Shown here in pieces: positions 22,297 to 34,278 of a DNA stretch of 64,000 nucleotides. Numbering within the stretch: the first letter of the stretch is position 1; every line of letters begins with the position of its first letter. Location: the NCBI GenBank assembly GCA_965197925.1, contig CBDAOC010000020.1, forward strand, positions 448,001 through 512,000, written 5' to 3'. This DNA is from Nitrososphaerales archaeon (GTDB lineage: Archaea > Thermoproteota > Nitrososphaeria > Nitrososphaerales > UBA213). The translations under genes and the position numbers were made by a program. The notes under the pieces are model-generated. The model had not been told where the DNA came from. It searched no databases and saw only the letters and a program-made list of their open reading frames with translations.

Positions 22297-22610
22297 GCCG
22301 ATGCCCAAACAATCCCCATTCCCAAAACTACATAATGGTTACCGGTTGCATAAAATGGAATACCAAAAAATATTGTCTCCTCAAATGGTCCTGCACTTAG
22401 AGCTTCAGCTAACGTGAGCGGGATAAGAGGCGCTTTATACTCTGGAATAATCTGTTGAGCTATAACTGCTCCAATGAGGGCAAGAATGTAACCAAGACCA
22501 TGACAGAAAAGTGCCATTTTTATCAGGTAACGGATAGAAGTTTGACGGTATTTTGATAACCATGACCTAGGGTTTAGATCTGCCTTTTCGTCAGCATATT
22601 TACCTGACAC
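22297..22610 (-). pseudogene. N-terminal half of a CPBP (CAAX protease-like) membrane protein, truncated
   Basis: AGPFEETIFFGIPFY motif, then an abrupt switch to unrelated sequence. Confidence 0.65.
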
Positions 22611-22657
22611 TTGATTTCTAGTTGGGCCGCACGCTTATATCCCTTCATACACCAGTG

Positions 22658-22740
22658 ACTCTAGAAACCATAGCTTTTAGCCAATTGTGTATAGAATTGC
22701 ACCATGAGATCATTGTACAACATACCATGCATCATGGATG
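22658..22740 (+). mobile_element. Short decayed left end of IS family D
   Basis: CTCTAGAAACCATAGCTTTTA..TTGTGTATAGAATTGC resembles the family D left ends at 14829 and 35617. Confidence 0.45.
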
Positions 22741-23028
22741 CAATATTATCAGATAATATTTTGGAGAATTGTCATTATCTGTTTGGCAAAATCAACTTGG
22801 TATGGGCTCCCTGAAATGTTAGACAGTATTAATGATTAGAAAAGGATAACCGTAGACAGTGTTGCCGTACTTGGTTTCATCAGGACCTGAAAAGTTCCTA
22901 TATCGAATTAAAGAAAGTTGCTGACCATTTTCCTTTCGCTAATATTTAATATATTACCAGGAAAAAAAGATTGGACAAAGACCTTACTTCCTCAGGCCTC
23001 TGCTACTGTTCAGTTTTGGTTTCTTCAG

Positions 23029-24684
23029 TTACCTATTTGTAGTTACTAACTGGTTCTGTAGAAGGTGGTGCATTAGGCCAACCACTGTGTATAGACGGAG
23101 ACATGAAGATATTCTGTTCAATTCCAAAACCTGTATCCCTACTATCGTAAAAGATCGGGCAAGTTGGGTGAGACTTGCGGTCGCATCATAGTCACCAACA
23201 AAAATTCCAGCAAAGTCAGCAGTCACAGTTGAATCCTCGATCGATATCTGTTGATCCCCATCGAAGCTTATTATTGGCCTTATACTATCAGAGTGATCGC
23301 CAAACGTCGTACATACAGCATCAGGACCATTGCGCTCGTCAAACCAAATGACGAATACCGTTCCTTCTTCAGGAGTTCCTCCTCCGTTATCACTTACAGC
23401 TGCTCCTGGCATGAACATTGATGTCAAACTACTTGCAACCTCATCACTCATCTGGAATGGAACAGTCCATGTTCCAGTGTTGCCACTAAAGGACCGTGTA
23501 GCCATTATTTCTGCATCACCATCTCCATTGAAGAAGCTAGACCAGACTATGACCCAGTTTCCTGAAGATGGAGCTCTTGTGGTTACAAGAACAGGATATG
23601 TGGATGCTCTTGGAGTGCTACCACAGGCAGGAAGGAAGGTAGAATAAGCACCTATTCCATCTGTAGGGGTTGCTCTTGACAGAGGTCCAAAGGTACTTAC
23701 AGAAGTGAAGGCAGGCCTAATAGTCTTCCTGAACATGATCGCATCGTTGGCGAAGTCTGTCCATGCTACACCTACATTACCATTTTGCTTAGTATTGATA
23801 CTGCAGCCCTGGTTAGAATCAGACGCACTCAGTTTTGTTGCCGGTCCACTACCATCAAGCCCTCCTAAACCGAGAGGTGAGAAATCCGTTATACGTTTGA
23901 ACATTATATCTAAGCTAGTTGCAGTGAAGTGAGTCCAGCAGACGTATACAGTATCACGGAAAGGACTGCGTGTATTCGTATCTACGGTCATCTATGGTTT
24001 ATCATTAAAGTCAATGATGCTTGTACCTGATGCAACAGTTGTAAACTGAGCCCACGTCGCACCTCCATTTATAGTCTTAAAGACCGCTATTGCACTCGTT
24101 TGAGGTTCAGTTCTGTCAAAGTAGTGACAGCTATAGTAGAAGACTCCTGGTCCTCGACCGGACCTAACCACTGGGTTCCCAGCTGTATCAAATGTTGTAT
24201 CATTAGAACCATTGTTATCCGTATCTACGAATAGTGAGAAAGTACCACGGTTTGTCCAAGTATGACCGTGATCTATACTTGAATAAATCCCACATCTGCT
24301 ATCTCCGGTTCTATAATCATTTGCACTTGCGACCATCTGCTGCTGGTCCATAGCGTTTACTGCAATAGTAGGGTTGTTGTGGGGGGGAATTGTTTCCTAT
24401 TCTATCAACATGAGGTCGAAAGGTAGACCAGAAAGTAGACCTGCCGGAGTAGCTTCTATCGATACCGCAACAGCCTCATTGTTTGGTGGGCTTACCACAA
24501 TACCAGAACCCAACTTTGCAAATAAGGGTGATATATCCTCTGGAGCAGCCATCGCAGCTTTAAGATTCATCATTCTTTCATAGTCACTTAGTTCAGTATC
24601 TTCAGGTGCAAAAACCGTTGGCATCATTCCTAGCGATAACAGCAATATTGGAAGTATAGTTACGGCAATTATTTTCTTATTCAA
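23029..24684 (-). pseudogene. Secreted BNR/Asp-box (sialidase-like) protein, disrupted
   Basis: Signal peptide; ASANDYR, YSSIDHGHTW, KTINGGATW, GDYD; frameshift near 24390 and in-frame TAG at 23992-23994 where DKPW is expected. Confidence 0.8.
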
Positions 24685-25031
24685 AATTATTCAGTCTTGA
24701 GAGGATATACTTTTAGAACTATAAAGGCGATCTTTAATGAATATTATGGGAAAAATTGAAGATTATGCTAGTACCTTGGTTTATCATAACGGAGTCTACT
24801 TGGGAATAGCAATTTTGCAGAGTAGAACCAATTATTTTAAAAAGCGAAATAATTTCATAGAATTAAAAAGGTAACTTGTTATGGAATAAAAAGCTTAGAT
24901 GTTACATTGAATTGTTACAGAATTAAAAATTTATGGTCAGCGTTCGTCAATCCATTTAACATACTAATATTATATTTTTCATGTTAGATGATTTAAATTC
25001 ATAAAATTTCAATAAAATCAATTTCGCCTTA

Positions 25032-26073
25032 GAGCCTATCCTAAAATTAACATCATAGCCTAATTGTTTATACCGAAACAGATCTAGATCTGTCCTCTCT
25101 AGCTAAATTTGTGAGAAAATCAAAGAAAAAGAGCATGCCGACCATATGGCATATACCAGACAATCTATGGGTAGAGTTCAAACTAGTGTTGCCACCAGAG
25201 AAACCAGCAAGAACAGTTGGAAGGCCAGCTGTACCATTTAGAAAAGTGTTGAATGGAATACTGTACGTATTAAGAACTGGATGCCAGTGGAAGAAGGTAT
25301 CTAAAGAATTTGGTTCTGGCTCAACTTGCCATGCAAGATTTCAGGAATGGATTGGGATAGGAGTATTCAAGAAGGTATGGAAGAGGCTGCTGGAAATATA
25401 TGATGAATTGAAGGGTATAGGATGGGACTGGCAATCCATGGATAGCGTACCGAAGGCCCCATTAGGGGGAAAACGGCCGGAGCAAACCCAACGGATAGAG
25501 GCAAGCTAGGTACCAAACGTCACATGCTGGTTGATAGAAGAAGTATTCCTCTCTCATCTGTAATTACTGGAGCAAACAAGCACGATATGAAATCAGCCTT
25601 TCCTACAATAGATAGCATTGTTGTTGATAGGCCCAAAGTTAAACAGAACATATGCATGAATAGGATATGATTTCCCTGAGATAGAGTATGGAGTTAGGAA
25701 GGGGATATGTGGATCACATTCGTCATAAGGGTGAAGTGTTGAAAAAGAATTTGTACAAAGCAAAGAGATGGGTTGTAGAAAGAACCGCATCTTGGCATAA
25801 CAGGTTCAGAAAGTTATTGGTAAGGTTCGAGAAGAGAGAGGAAAATTATCAGGCGCTAGTAGAATTTGCTAACTGCCTAATAGTGTATAGAGCGATATAT
25901 TGGTAGTGTCATAAACACGTTAATGCAACTGTTTCTAGTATCTACTATCTACAATACTAATTATATCAATAGTAAGAAAACTAAACCTGACAGTATGAAC
26001 TAATATTCTTGCATTCTAAATGTTATCATTTCTACCAATCATTAACTATCAGCTAGAATTTTAGGATAGGCTC
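25032..26073 (+). mobile_element. IS5-family element, family B copy 2
   Basis: TIRs GAGCCTATCCTAAAATT / AATTTTAGGATAGGCTC; TTA duplicated on both sides; near-identical to 3890-4933. Confidence 0.92.
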
Positions 26074-26189
26074 TTAGTACAATTTAGATCACTAGAATTT
26101 TAATGAGTAGATAGAAATACAACTATGACAGGCGGATTCTTTTTGGATTTTCCAAATGTAAAATCGGTAGAAGGCTCATAATAGGCAAG

Positions 26190-27113
26190 TTAGAGTTGAA
26201 CTGCTGTCTTTAAACCCTTGACTCTATTCCTTATTGTAACCTCCGTGACTTTTGCAGCGTCGGCTACTTCTTTCTGTGTCTTACCCTCATCATTCATAAC
26301 GCATGCCACATACAGTGCAGTTGCAGCAAGACCCATTGGATTCTTGCCTGAAGATATAGTCATTTCATGAGCTTTTTTGAGAATTCCAATCGCCTTTCTT
26401 TTAGTCTTCTCACTCACACCAGCTTCGCTTGCTATCCTTGTGATACATTTCACCGAGTCTACAACAGGCATTTTCAGATCAAGTTCTCTTATCAACAATC
26501 TGTAGCACCTTGCTACATCCTTTTTCTTTATATCACTAGAACCAGCCATATCCTTTAAAGTTCGCGGGGTTTCGGTATCCCTGCATGCGGCGTACAAAGC
26601 TGCAACAATCAGTGCAGAGATCGATCTGCCTCTTACGAGACCCTTTTCAAGAGCCTTCCTGTAGATGTAAGCAGCTTTTTCTATTACGGCATCACCAACA
26701 GCCAACTTGTCCTTCAATCTATCCAGTTCGCTAAACGCTTGTCTGAAGTTTCTGTCAACTGGCTCATGAACTTGGCTTCTGCTATCCCAAGTTCGTAAAC
26801 GATCAATTGAGCTCTTCATCGAAGCCGATAATGGTTTACCCGAAGCATCTCGATCTACTGGGCCTATTATTGTTGCCAAGCCCATATCGTGCATTGCCAA
26901 GGAAGCTGGAATTCCAGCTCTACTTCGATCTTGGCCTTCATCGCTGGAGAATGCTCTCCATTCTGGACCAAGAGTCTCTACTTTATCTTTCAATACATAG
27001 CCACAGTTGCCACAGAACATCTCGCCAGTAGCATTGTCTGTAACCATGGATCCTTTCCCACACCTCGCACACCTATTCCGAAATGAATCATCCTTCATAA
27101 GCCCCATAACCAA
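26190..27113 (-). CDS. tfb: Transcription initiation factor B
   Basis: Zn ribbon CARCG..CGNCG, GPEWRAF, GLVRGRSI, VTEVTIRNR. Confidence 0.97.
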   Translation of the reverse strand: MVMGLMKDDSFRNRCARCGKGSMVTDNATGEMFCGNCGYVLKDKVETLGPEWRAFSSDEGQDRSRAGIPASLAMHDMGLATIIGPVDRDASGKPLSASMKSSIDRLRTWDSRSQVHEPVDRNFRQAFSELDRLKDKLAVGDAVIEKAAYIYRKALEKGLVRGRSISALIVAALYAACRDTETPRTLKDMAGSSDIKKKDVARCYRLLIRELDLKMPVVDSVKCITRIASEAGVSEKTKRKAIGILKKAHEMTISSGKNPMGLAATALYVACVMNDEGKTQKEVADAAKVTEVTIRNRVKGLKTAVQL

Positions 27114-27747
27114 AAAATGATAATTACAGATTCACAGTAAATCAGATATATAAATCAATGATTCTTGTTGTATAGTAATCACCCTCTTACGCACGGATTG
27201 TTTAATTGAATGAATTGAGATTTAGGATGGAGAAGGCCCTAGAGAGATACCTAAATACAATACTATGCTATTTGTTCACTCATCTAGATCAAGCCCGATC
27301 GATGGAACAAATTTGACTAGGAAGAAATTAGAAATCACAACATTCTCCATTGTAAATTACAGCAGACAGAATTCCAATCAATTTGATTGATGGTGAAAAT
27401 GTAAGAATGTAAGATTCCTCGTGGGATCGGAGACATAGCATCTAATGTTTGAATAAAGACTAGATCAAGGAACTATATGTGACCAAATTAGTGACCAATC
27501 TTCACACCCACTTACTTCATTTAAGATGGTTAAATCCAATTTTTCAAATTTTTTTAATTGTATCTTCTATAGTTCGTTGACCAATGTCTTATTACTATCA
27601 TTAATATCGAAGTTTTTTTTCATCCAGTTTCTAGTTATATCTAGGATATATCATGTAAATATCAATTCCAATCTATCTATCCCTTTATAGATGATAAAGC
27701 GCCAGTAAATTACCAAATCATTACCTATTTCTTAATCATCAGTTTTT

Positions 27748-28966
27748 CTATTTTTTAATATTTTTTCTTGGATATTGGATCCAGTTGATTTTTCTATGCT
27801 TCTCGATTAAAACCTCTCCTGAGGCTTTTCTCATTATAAATAAATATTTGAATCCACGCAAATAAAAATTAAAACGAATTGCTCTGTTATACCATATTCC
27901 TGTGTTTGAAGTTTGGCCTCTACGCACTACGCATATAATATCGACTGTATCAAAATATTTGCATAAGCTCTGGTATATTTTGAATCCTACAGGTGTAAAC
28001 TTTTTCCTGACCCATTGATCTCCTATTAACCACCCAATAACTTTTCCCGGCTTTAGGATTCGATGACCTTCTTCCATCACTTTCTCCAATTCATAATAGA
28101 AGGTTTCTGTTTCTGATGATATTTTTCCTATATCATCTGGATGCTCGTTATACCTTATGTTATCTCCATATGGAGAATCTATGAATATCATATCGACACT
28201 GTTGTCAGGAAGAGGTATTTTCCTTGCGTCGTTTTGAATTATATCTTTTCTAGTTGGCAATGTCGAAGACAGTGCTTCTCCGACCTTCTTCCCGGCATAC
28301 GTCAATGGTCGTACCACTTCCACCCATAGGATCAACCACCAGGTCACCTGGTTCTGTGTAACGGTTTACCATATTGTAGATTATGAAAGCCGGAGTGACG
28401 CCAGCGTATCTGTTATCGCCTTTTACAGTTCTTCCATAACTTTGCCTTGGATAATCCCATAAAGTAGTACCTATTAGTAATGGCTTCTCCACATTCGTCT
28501 CTGATTTAATATCCATGGATAAGTTTTTTCTAATTCCATTATTTACATTCAAAGATCCCCAATCAAATTCATTTGGATTTTGTAAATACCTCAATAACAA
28601 TTTGGTTCTTTGATAACCCAAATTACCTTTCCAACTGATATCCATTTTAGACAGTATCCTTTTTGCCTTCCCGACGGTCTTTAGTTTACCATCATTTTCT
28701 ACGCCGACCTGGTATGGGTATTTGCCTTCCCAAGCTTCAGGTATGATATTTTTCCTTCCATATGATTTTGCTCGAAAAACACCATAAAATGTATCAGTAT
28801 TCAAATTATACAAAAACAAAATATCGCCTTTTTTAACCTGTAAAACCTTTTGGGCATATACTTTATTCGTCGAGAAAAGCATTCTGTCAAAACATTCTCT
28901 TTCGGTCTTATCTGTACATGTAAATATTTGTGCTCTTTGCATTGAAATCTTTTGCACCCCTCCCAT
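27748..28966 (-). pseudogene. DCD-like domain fused to amino-(N4/N6-type) SAM methyltransferase; single frameshift near 28255
   Basis: IFTCTDKTERECFDRMLF..VKKGDILFLYN..YGVFRA..IIPEAW..KYPYQV; DPMGGSGTT (motif I); DSPYGD (motif IV) in the next frame. Confidence 0.75.
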
Positions 28967-29170
28967 TCTTACGTTTATAGATGGGTTATCTTATTAGGTT
29001 TAACAAATCGAAATGCATGTTTCTTATCTATAATGAATAAATTTATGTGACGATTGGTGCACCAAAGGGAGTGTGGTAATCTTGTCCTGGCGATAAACCA
29101 TATATCTAAAAAAATATGTGAAGGAATGTAGGACAAAAGTTTATCCAGAACATTATAGATCTTTATTTCC

Positions 29171-29305
29171 TTGCAACTCTACATTGGATGTTCAGGTTGG
29201 AGCTATTCGTCCTGGGAAGGACTATTCTACCCTGAGCATTTAGATAGCTCTGCTTGGTTGCATCATTATTCAAAGGTCTTCGATTATGTTGAGATTAACT
29301 CCTCC
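29171..29305 (+). pseudogene. DUF72-family protein, N-terminal fragment
   Basis: TTG start; QLYIGCSGWSYSSWEGLFYP..WLHHYSKVFDYVEINSS; not in the ORF track; cut by an IS remnant. Confidence 0.8.
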
Positions 29306-29447
29306 CCTTTTCCTATTAGGTTTTGACTAAGGAATCACGTCAATCAAAAATAATATACGAAGAAGTATGGAGTCTGAGCTAAACATATCAACAATAAAAA
29401 CTAGAACCTGATCTTATCGTTTCGAACTAAATTACGCCCAAGCCTCA
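29306..29447 (-). mobile_element. Left-end fragment of IS family A
   Basis: Reverse complement of ~888-1030 (AAATTACGCCCAAGCCTCA end). Confidence 0.85.
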
Positions 29448-29840
29448 GTTAACTAGTCTTTCCTTCCAATTTTGTTCAACTGCCAGATCATACAAAATGT
29501 TCAAAGCTTCCTCGCTAAACGACCCCCCAAGTGTTTCTTGATGTGATTTATCTTGGTCTATGGTTAACCCCAAGCATCCATACGTGTCAGCCAAAACTTC
29601 TGTACTCTCGTACATATCGAAGACCAGCTCCTCATTGAACCTCTCTATTCCTTCATGCCTATCTGTGTAGGGCAGATATAGCATCTGTTTTAATGGGCCG
29701 TACTTCGCTAGGATTGTGTATATGGATTCCGCCAGCTCAATTTTGATGTCCTTGAATTCATTTGAAAGAGAAATTCCATCTACAAGTGATTGACCATATT
29801 TTTTGAGAATGAGCCCTTCAAATCCTTGAAGCCTGTGCAA
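29445..29840 (-). pseudogene. Hypothetical protein fragment between two IS ends
   Basis: Open frame begins just beside the IS6-like TIR; its stop codon is supplied by the family A end. Confidence 0.5.
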
Positions 29841-29874
29841 GATCTGAAAAAGGGTTCTGTCGGGTTATCGGGAG

Positions 29875-31004
29875 CTAGATTGAAGCTTCCTTGTAGAGTG
29901 AAGCGTTTTGAATTAGGGTAATCCATTTATTTTTACCATCAACTTCTATCATAGCTTCTTCGGCTGGTGTCTTTCCTTTGAGTGATCCGTGCTTTTTTGT
30001 GAAATTATAATATGTTTCCATTCCGTCAATTATCGGAGTATCTATCCTTTTTAGACCTCTAAAGACTTTCTCTCTATCCCTGATTTCACTATTCAGCCTT
30101 TCCATTTTGTTGTTGTTATCACGATCTCTTTTTCCTGCAATGTGGATGTGCCTAATGTGATTGGTCTTTTTTCCGAAGACTTTCTTGCTTGACTTCATGT
30201 ATGCTGGTAATCCATCAGTAACAAAGTGTGTAAGAGATTTACCAATAGTTTTCTTGGTTAACTCTAACAAAGTATCGGCATTATGTTGAAATATTGTATG
30301 TGCTATATCCGAAGCTAACCAATATCTGGTATCATCATCCATACTTGCAAACAGATACTTTTGTTCACCGTTTACTTTAATCCAAACCTCATCAGCCCTT
30401 ACCATAGTTCTGTCATTGGTTCTTGGTACAATTTCGTTTAGATACTTGTTAACCATTGTGGAATATTTGCAAATCCAGTCATAGATGGAACTGTGATCAA
30501 CATCTATACCCAACATCTCAAAATTACATTCAATGTCTCTTCACTCATTCCTTGATAATACATTTGGATAGCTTGGGTTATGGTTCTTGAATCATGTCTC
30601 ATCTTTTCAAATCCAAAGTTTGCAGTAAATCTTTTTTTGCAGTCCAAACAGGCATAACGCTGAACCTTGCCAGTTTTGGTATTTCTAGTTCCAGATTTTT
30701 TAATTTTTCCTGAATCACAATACTTACACAGTTTTAGTTTTGAGCGTTCCATGATTCTAAATGTATTATTTCTGTAACATTTATTTTGTTTGATAATCTC
30801 TAATACTATCTTGATGTGCTTGCAGTCTGCTTTTCTTGTTTGATTATCTTTACACTCACATTTCAGTCCGTTTTCAGTTTTTGATACAGTGTAATAATTA
30901 TCTGGATTGGTTTGTGATCTAACGGAAAAAGTGTTAGAATCAAGTTGTGAACAATAACCTTTTGTTTCCATCATCTGTTTAGCTCTTTGTGTTCTTGGAT
31001 TCAT
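29875..31004 (-). pseudogene. IS6-type DDE transposase with N-terminal SWIM and zinc-ribbon domains; frameshift near 30530
   Basis: CECKD..CKHI; CKYC..CLDCKKRF; RADEVWIKV, MDDDTR, VTDG, NNKMER. Confidence 0.85.
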
Positions 31005-31078
31005 TGTATCATGTATGTATAACAACTATAATATAAGTTGTTATATTCATATAAAACAATAAAAAGAAGTAGTTAGAT

Positions 31079-31288
31079 TTGGTTTGTATGGGTTCAACTG
31101 CCATAAGAAAAGTCAAAGGCAATGATTATCTCTATTACATCCATTATGAAAACGGAATAAAGAAAACCGTTTATTGTGGGCTTGTCTCCAGACCAGAATC
31201 AAAAAGAAAAGCAAAAGAACTGGAGATCAAAGATCTTGAAAAGCAAAAAGAACAGATTATAATGAAATTAAAAAATCTGAAAAGTTGA
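31079..31288 (+). CDS. Small basic protein resembling the SSV1 integrase N-terminal (D-335-like) domain
   Basis: IRKVKGNDYLYYIHYENGIKKTVYCG followed by a coiled coil. Confidence 0.6.
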   Translation: MVCMGSTAIRKVKGNDYLYYIHYENGIKKTVYCGLVSRPESKRKAKELEIKDLEKQKEQIIMKLKNLKS

Positions 31289-31336
31289 TCGCAAAATTCC
31301 AAGAAAGTTTAATTGTATCTGATAATCAGCATTATC

Positions 31337-31447
31337 ATGATATGTGCCAAGTGTAAGAAATCAATTTCTAGTTATCCATGTCCTCATTGTGGACATGATG
31401 ACACAGTACAGAAAGACGCAGTAGAAGGCGGAGCTAGAGGCCGTTAA
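31337..31447 (+). CDS. 36-aa zinc-ribbon microprotein
   Basis: MICAKCKKSISSYPCPHCGHDD...; below the ORF-track cutoff. Confidence 0.55.
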   Translation: MICAKCKKSISSYPCPHCGHDDTVQKDAVEGGARGR

Positions 31448-31914
31448 ACCTTTTTGAATAATTTGTGCAGGAAAATATAATAATAATCACTGTCCTTTTT
31501 TTGGTATTTTTTGATTATTTCTTGCGCATACTCATTTTGTTTGATTGCACGTATTGTGTCTCGGTGCATTTGAATTATATGTTCTAATTTTAGGATCTTC
31601 TGATCTACAAACAAACCCAAATCCTCAAAATAGTTTAGAAATTTTATGATTTCTTGTCTTTGGTTCCATTCTGTATTGGCCTTAGGTGGTTCTATGCCAT
31701 CTAAAAAATCAGATGTAATACGAAAATCCTCTTGCTCCAGACGGTTTAGTCTGTCTAGTAAAATTTTTGCTGATGTGATGTTGTATTGTATGCGTCTATG
31801 ATATGCTGTAAAACCAATTCCAGCTCCAGCAATAATTATTCCTATAACAACAGCAAATTCTGATAATTCCAACAATGTCATGTTGAATATCGGACTAATT
31901 TGGGTTTCTAACAC
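31444..31914 (-). CDS. Membrane-anchored helical protein (DUF4760-like)
   Basis: N-terminal TM; FLNYFEDLGLFV..KIL. Confidence 0.65.
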   Translation of the reverse strand: MLETQISPIFNMTLLELSEFAVVIGIIIAGAGIGFTAYHRRIQYNITSAKILLDRLNRLEQEDFRITSDFLDGIEPPKANTEWNQRQEIIKFLNYFEDLGLFVDQKILKLEHIIQMHRDTIRAIKQNEYAQEIIKKYQKKDSDYYYIFLHKLFKKV

Positions 31915-32051
31915 GAATAATTAATCTTGTAATGAATAAAAGGAATTGTTTTCAATTCAGAGAGTAAGAAGATCTATATTCAGCTCCCGATAACCCGACA
32001 GAACCAAAAATAGCAAAGGATTTAAGTAAGATTAAATTTGCTGTACGATAA

Positions 32052-33299
32052 TTGTCAGCAATCAATCCTTATGAGAATGCCTTGAAGCAACTTGCCGATG
32101 CATCGAAGCTAATAAGATTAGATCCTGGTATGCATGAATTTCTAAAAACTCCGAAACGTATACTTACAGTGTCTGTGCCGGTCAAGATGGATAACGGGAG
32201 GGTAAAGATATTTGTTGGTCATAAGGTGCAGCATAATGATGCCAGAGGACCTTTCAAGGGAGGCATTAGGTATCATCCCGCTGTAACTTTGGATGAAGTC
32301 AAGGCTCTGGCTTCATGGATGACGTGGAAGTGTGCAATTGCCGACATTCCATATGGCGGAGGGAAGGGGGGTATAGTTTGTGATCCACACAAAATGTCTG
32401 TAGGTGAGATGGAAAGGATGACCAGAAGGTACGCCTTTGGCATTTCCGATATAATTGGTCCTTACGTTGATATTCCCGCTCCTGACATTTACACCACCCC
32501 AAGAGAAATGGGTTGGATTATGGATACGTATAGCGCTTTGAAGGGTCAGATTAACCCTGGTGTAATTACTGGAAAGCCGATACCAATTGGTGGCTCTGAA
32601 GGAAGGGGGGAAGCAACTGGAAAAGGTGTTGCATTTTGCATAAGGGAAGGTGCAAAGAAAGTTGGCATAAAGCTAAAGGGAGCTGATGTAGCGATTCAGG
32701 GTTTTGGAAATGCGGGAACGTTTGCGGCTCAGTTTATGGATGAAATGGGTGCCACTGTGATAGCTGCTAGTGATTCGAAGGGGGGAGTATTGAACAAGAA
32801 AGGCATTAATTCTAACAAGTTGATTGATTACAAGGCGAAGAGTAAAAAGGTAGCTGGATTTCCCGGCACCAAACAAATTACAAATGAAGAACTGCTAGAA
32901 CTGGATTGTGATATATTGGTCCCCGCAGCATATGAAAATCAAATAACAAAGGAGAATGCGCCCAATGTAAAGGCAAAGTTAATTGCTGAAGCGGCAAATG
33001 GTCCCACAACACCAGAAGCAGATGCAATCCTCTTCAAGAAAAATAAACTTGTGATACCAGATATTCTTGCAAACTCGGGTGGCGTTACCGTGAGTTATTA
33101 CGAATGGCTACAGAACTTATCAAGGGATTATTGGGATCATGATACTGTGAAAAACAGACTTGAGAAAAATATTGTTAGGTCATTTAATGATGTTTACAAG
33201 ACTGCGAAAGAGTATAAGGTTGACATGAGGAAGGGTAGCATGGTCCTAGCAGTAAACAGAGTTGTAGAGGCTGTAAAGTACAGAGGAATCTGGCCTTAG
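32052..33299 (+). CDS. gdhA: Glutamate dehydrogenase
   Basis: RGPFKGGIRYHP, MTWKCA, GGGKGG, DIPAPD, QGFGNAG, EAANGP. Confidence 0.96.
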   Translation: MSAINPYENALKQLADASKLIRLDPGMHEFLKTPKRILTVSVPVKMDNGRVKIFVGHKVQHNDARGPFKGGIRYHPAVTLDEVKALASWMTWKCAIADIPYGGGKGGIVCDPHKMSVGEMERMTRRYAFGISDIIGPYVDIPAPDIYTTPREMGWIMDTYSALKGQINPGVITGKPIPIGGSEGRGEATGKGVAFCIREGAKKVGIKLKGADVAIQGFGNAGTFAAQFMDEMGATVIAASDSKGGVLNKKGINSNKLIDYKAKSKKVAGFPGTKQITNEELLELDCDILVPAAYENQITKENAPNVKAKLIAEAANGPTTPEADAILFKKNKLVIPDILANSGGVTVSYYEWLQNLSRDYWDHDTVKNRLEKNIVRSFNDVYKTAKEYKVDMRKGSMVLAVNRVVEAVKYRGIWP

Positions 33300-33520
33300 A
33301 TGAAAGTTGATTCCATTTTATTCAGATAAAAATTTAATTCCTATCAGATAAAAAATGATTTTTTAACGAGGGAGTAGATCAAATTGTGTATGTTCCTACA
33401 ATAAATCCAATAACGATAATTTGATGTTGATTGCAGTAATTCTGTTTTTTAGGAAAGAAAATGAATTAGTATATTTGAACTCTTGTCTTCAAACTATAGT
33501 AAGACAATTATCAAACATAC

Positions 33521-34278
33521 CTAGTCTTCCTCCTTCCTCAACTTTTCCAACAGCTTATCAAAAGGCAGGTTTAATCTTTCCGTCTTAACCAACCAGAATA
33601 GCACACCACCTACAGCAAGTAGGACGAACAGGTAGGGGTAGCTGAGAAGCATGTCTTTTATTCCAGGTTGTGGGGGTTTAGGCGGATCTATCGTATCTAT
33701 CCTATTTGTAGTTGGTGGAGGTGGTGGAGGCGGATCCGACACAGCCTCCATATTCATCTGGACCGTGCTTGTCTTGTAACCGGGACCAGAAATCACCGCC
33801 CTTACAAGAAATTCCGATGGTTCATTCATAACGAATATTGCTTCGGCACTTCCAAGTTCATTGGTGAGTTCAGTGGCATCCAACAACTCTGCTTTGTTGT
33901 TGGACCATTTTACGTTTAAATCTCTCAATGGCATTTCCAAATATTTCGAATCGAGAGTAACGATAAATTCTTCATCAGGCTTGACAATTTCAATATCTGT
34001 TTCGAGTTCTACTGTTGGCGCTGGCGCTGTAACTTGAACGTTAACTTTGGTTGACTGGAAGTTGTTCGCAAGTGCAGTGATTTCTGTTGCACCATCATCC
34101 TTTGCCTCGATCAAGAGAGTAGTGTAGTACTGACCTTTGGGCAATAAGATCGTGTCTGGTGCAGAGATCACATTCCTTATCGAAGGAACTAACAAGATCT
34201 CAACATCGCTCAATGTCTTTATTGGAAAACCTTCCTTGTCAAGCACCTGCAGAGGAACAGTGTATTGTGCATTACCTA
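33521..34278 (-). pseudogene. C-terminal part of a large Ig-like surface protein with Pro linker and TM anchor; 5' part cut off at the IS
   Basis: Frame stays open up to the IS end at 34279; PPPPPPP linker, TM helix, basic tail. Confidence 0.7.

Larger units (their letters stand above)
29853..32005 (-). mobile_element. IS6-family-like element with passenger genes
   Basis: Perfect 24-bp TIR GGTTCTGTCGGGTTATCGGGAGCT at 29853-29876 and 31982-32005. Confidence 0.88.

Noticed and set aside
21998..22312. 104-aa ORF and the 3' part of 22056-22610
   Set aside because: Both run antisense through tRNA-His; only the fragments listed under features are credible
31018..31045. Palindrome as a dif/Xer site
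   Set aside because: Spacer is 8 bp rather than 6 and it lies inside a transposon promoter; kept only as a possible operator
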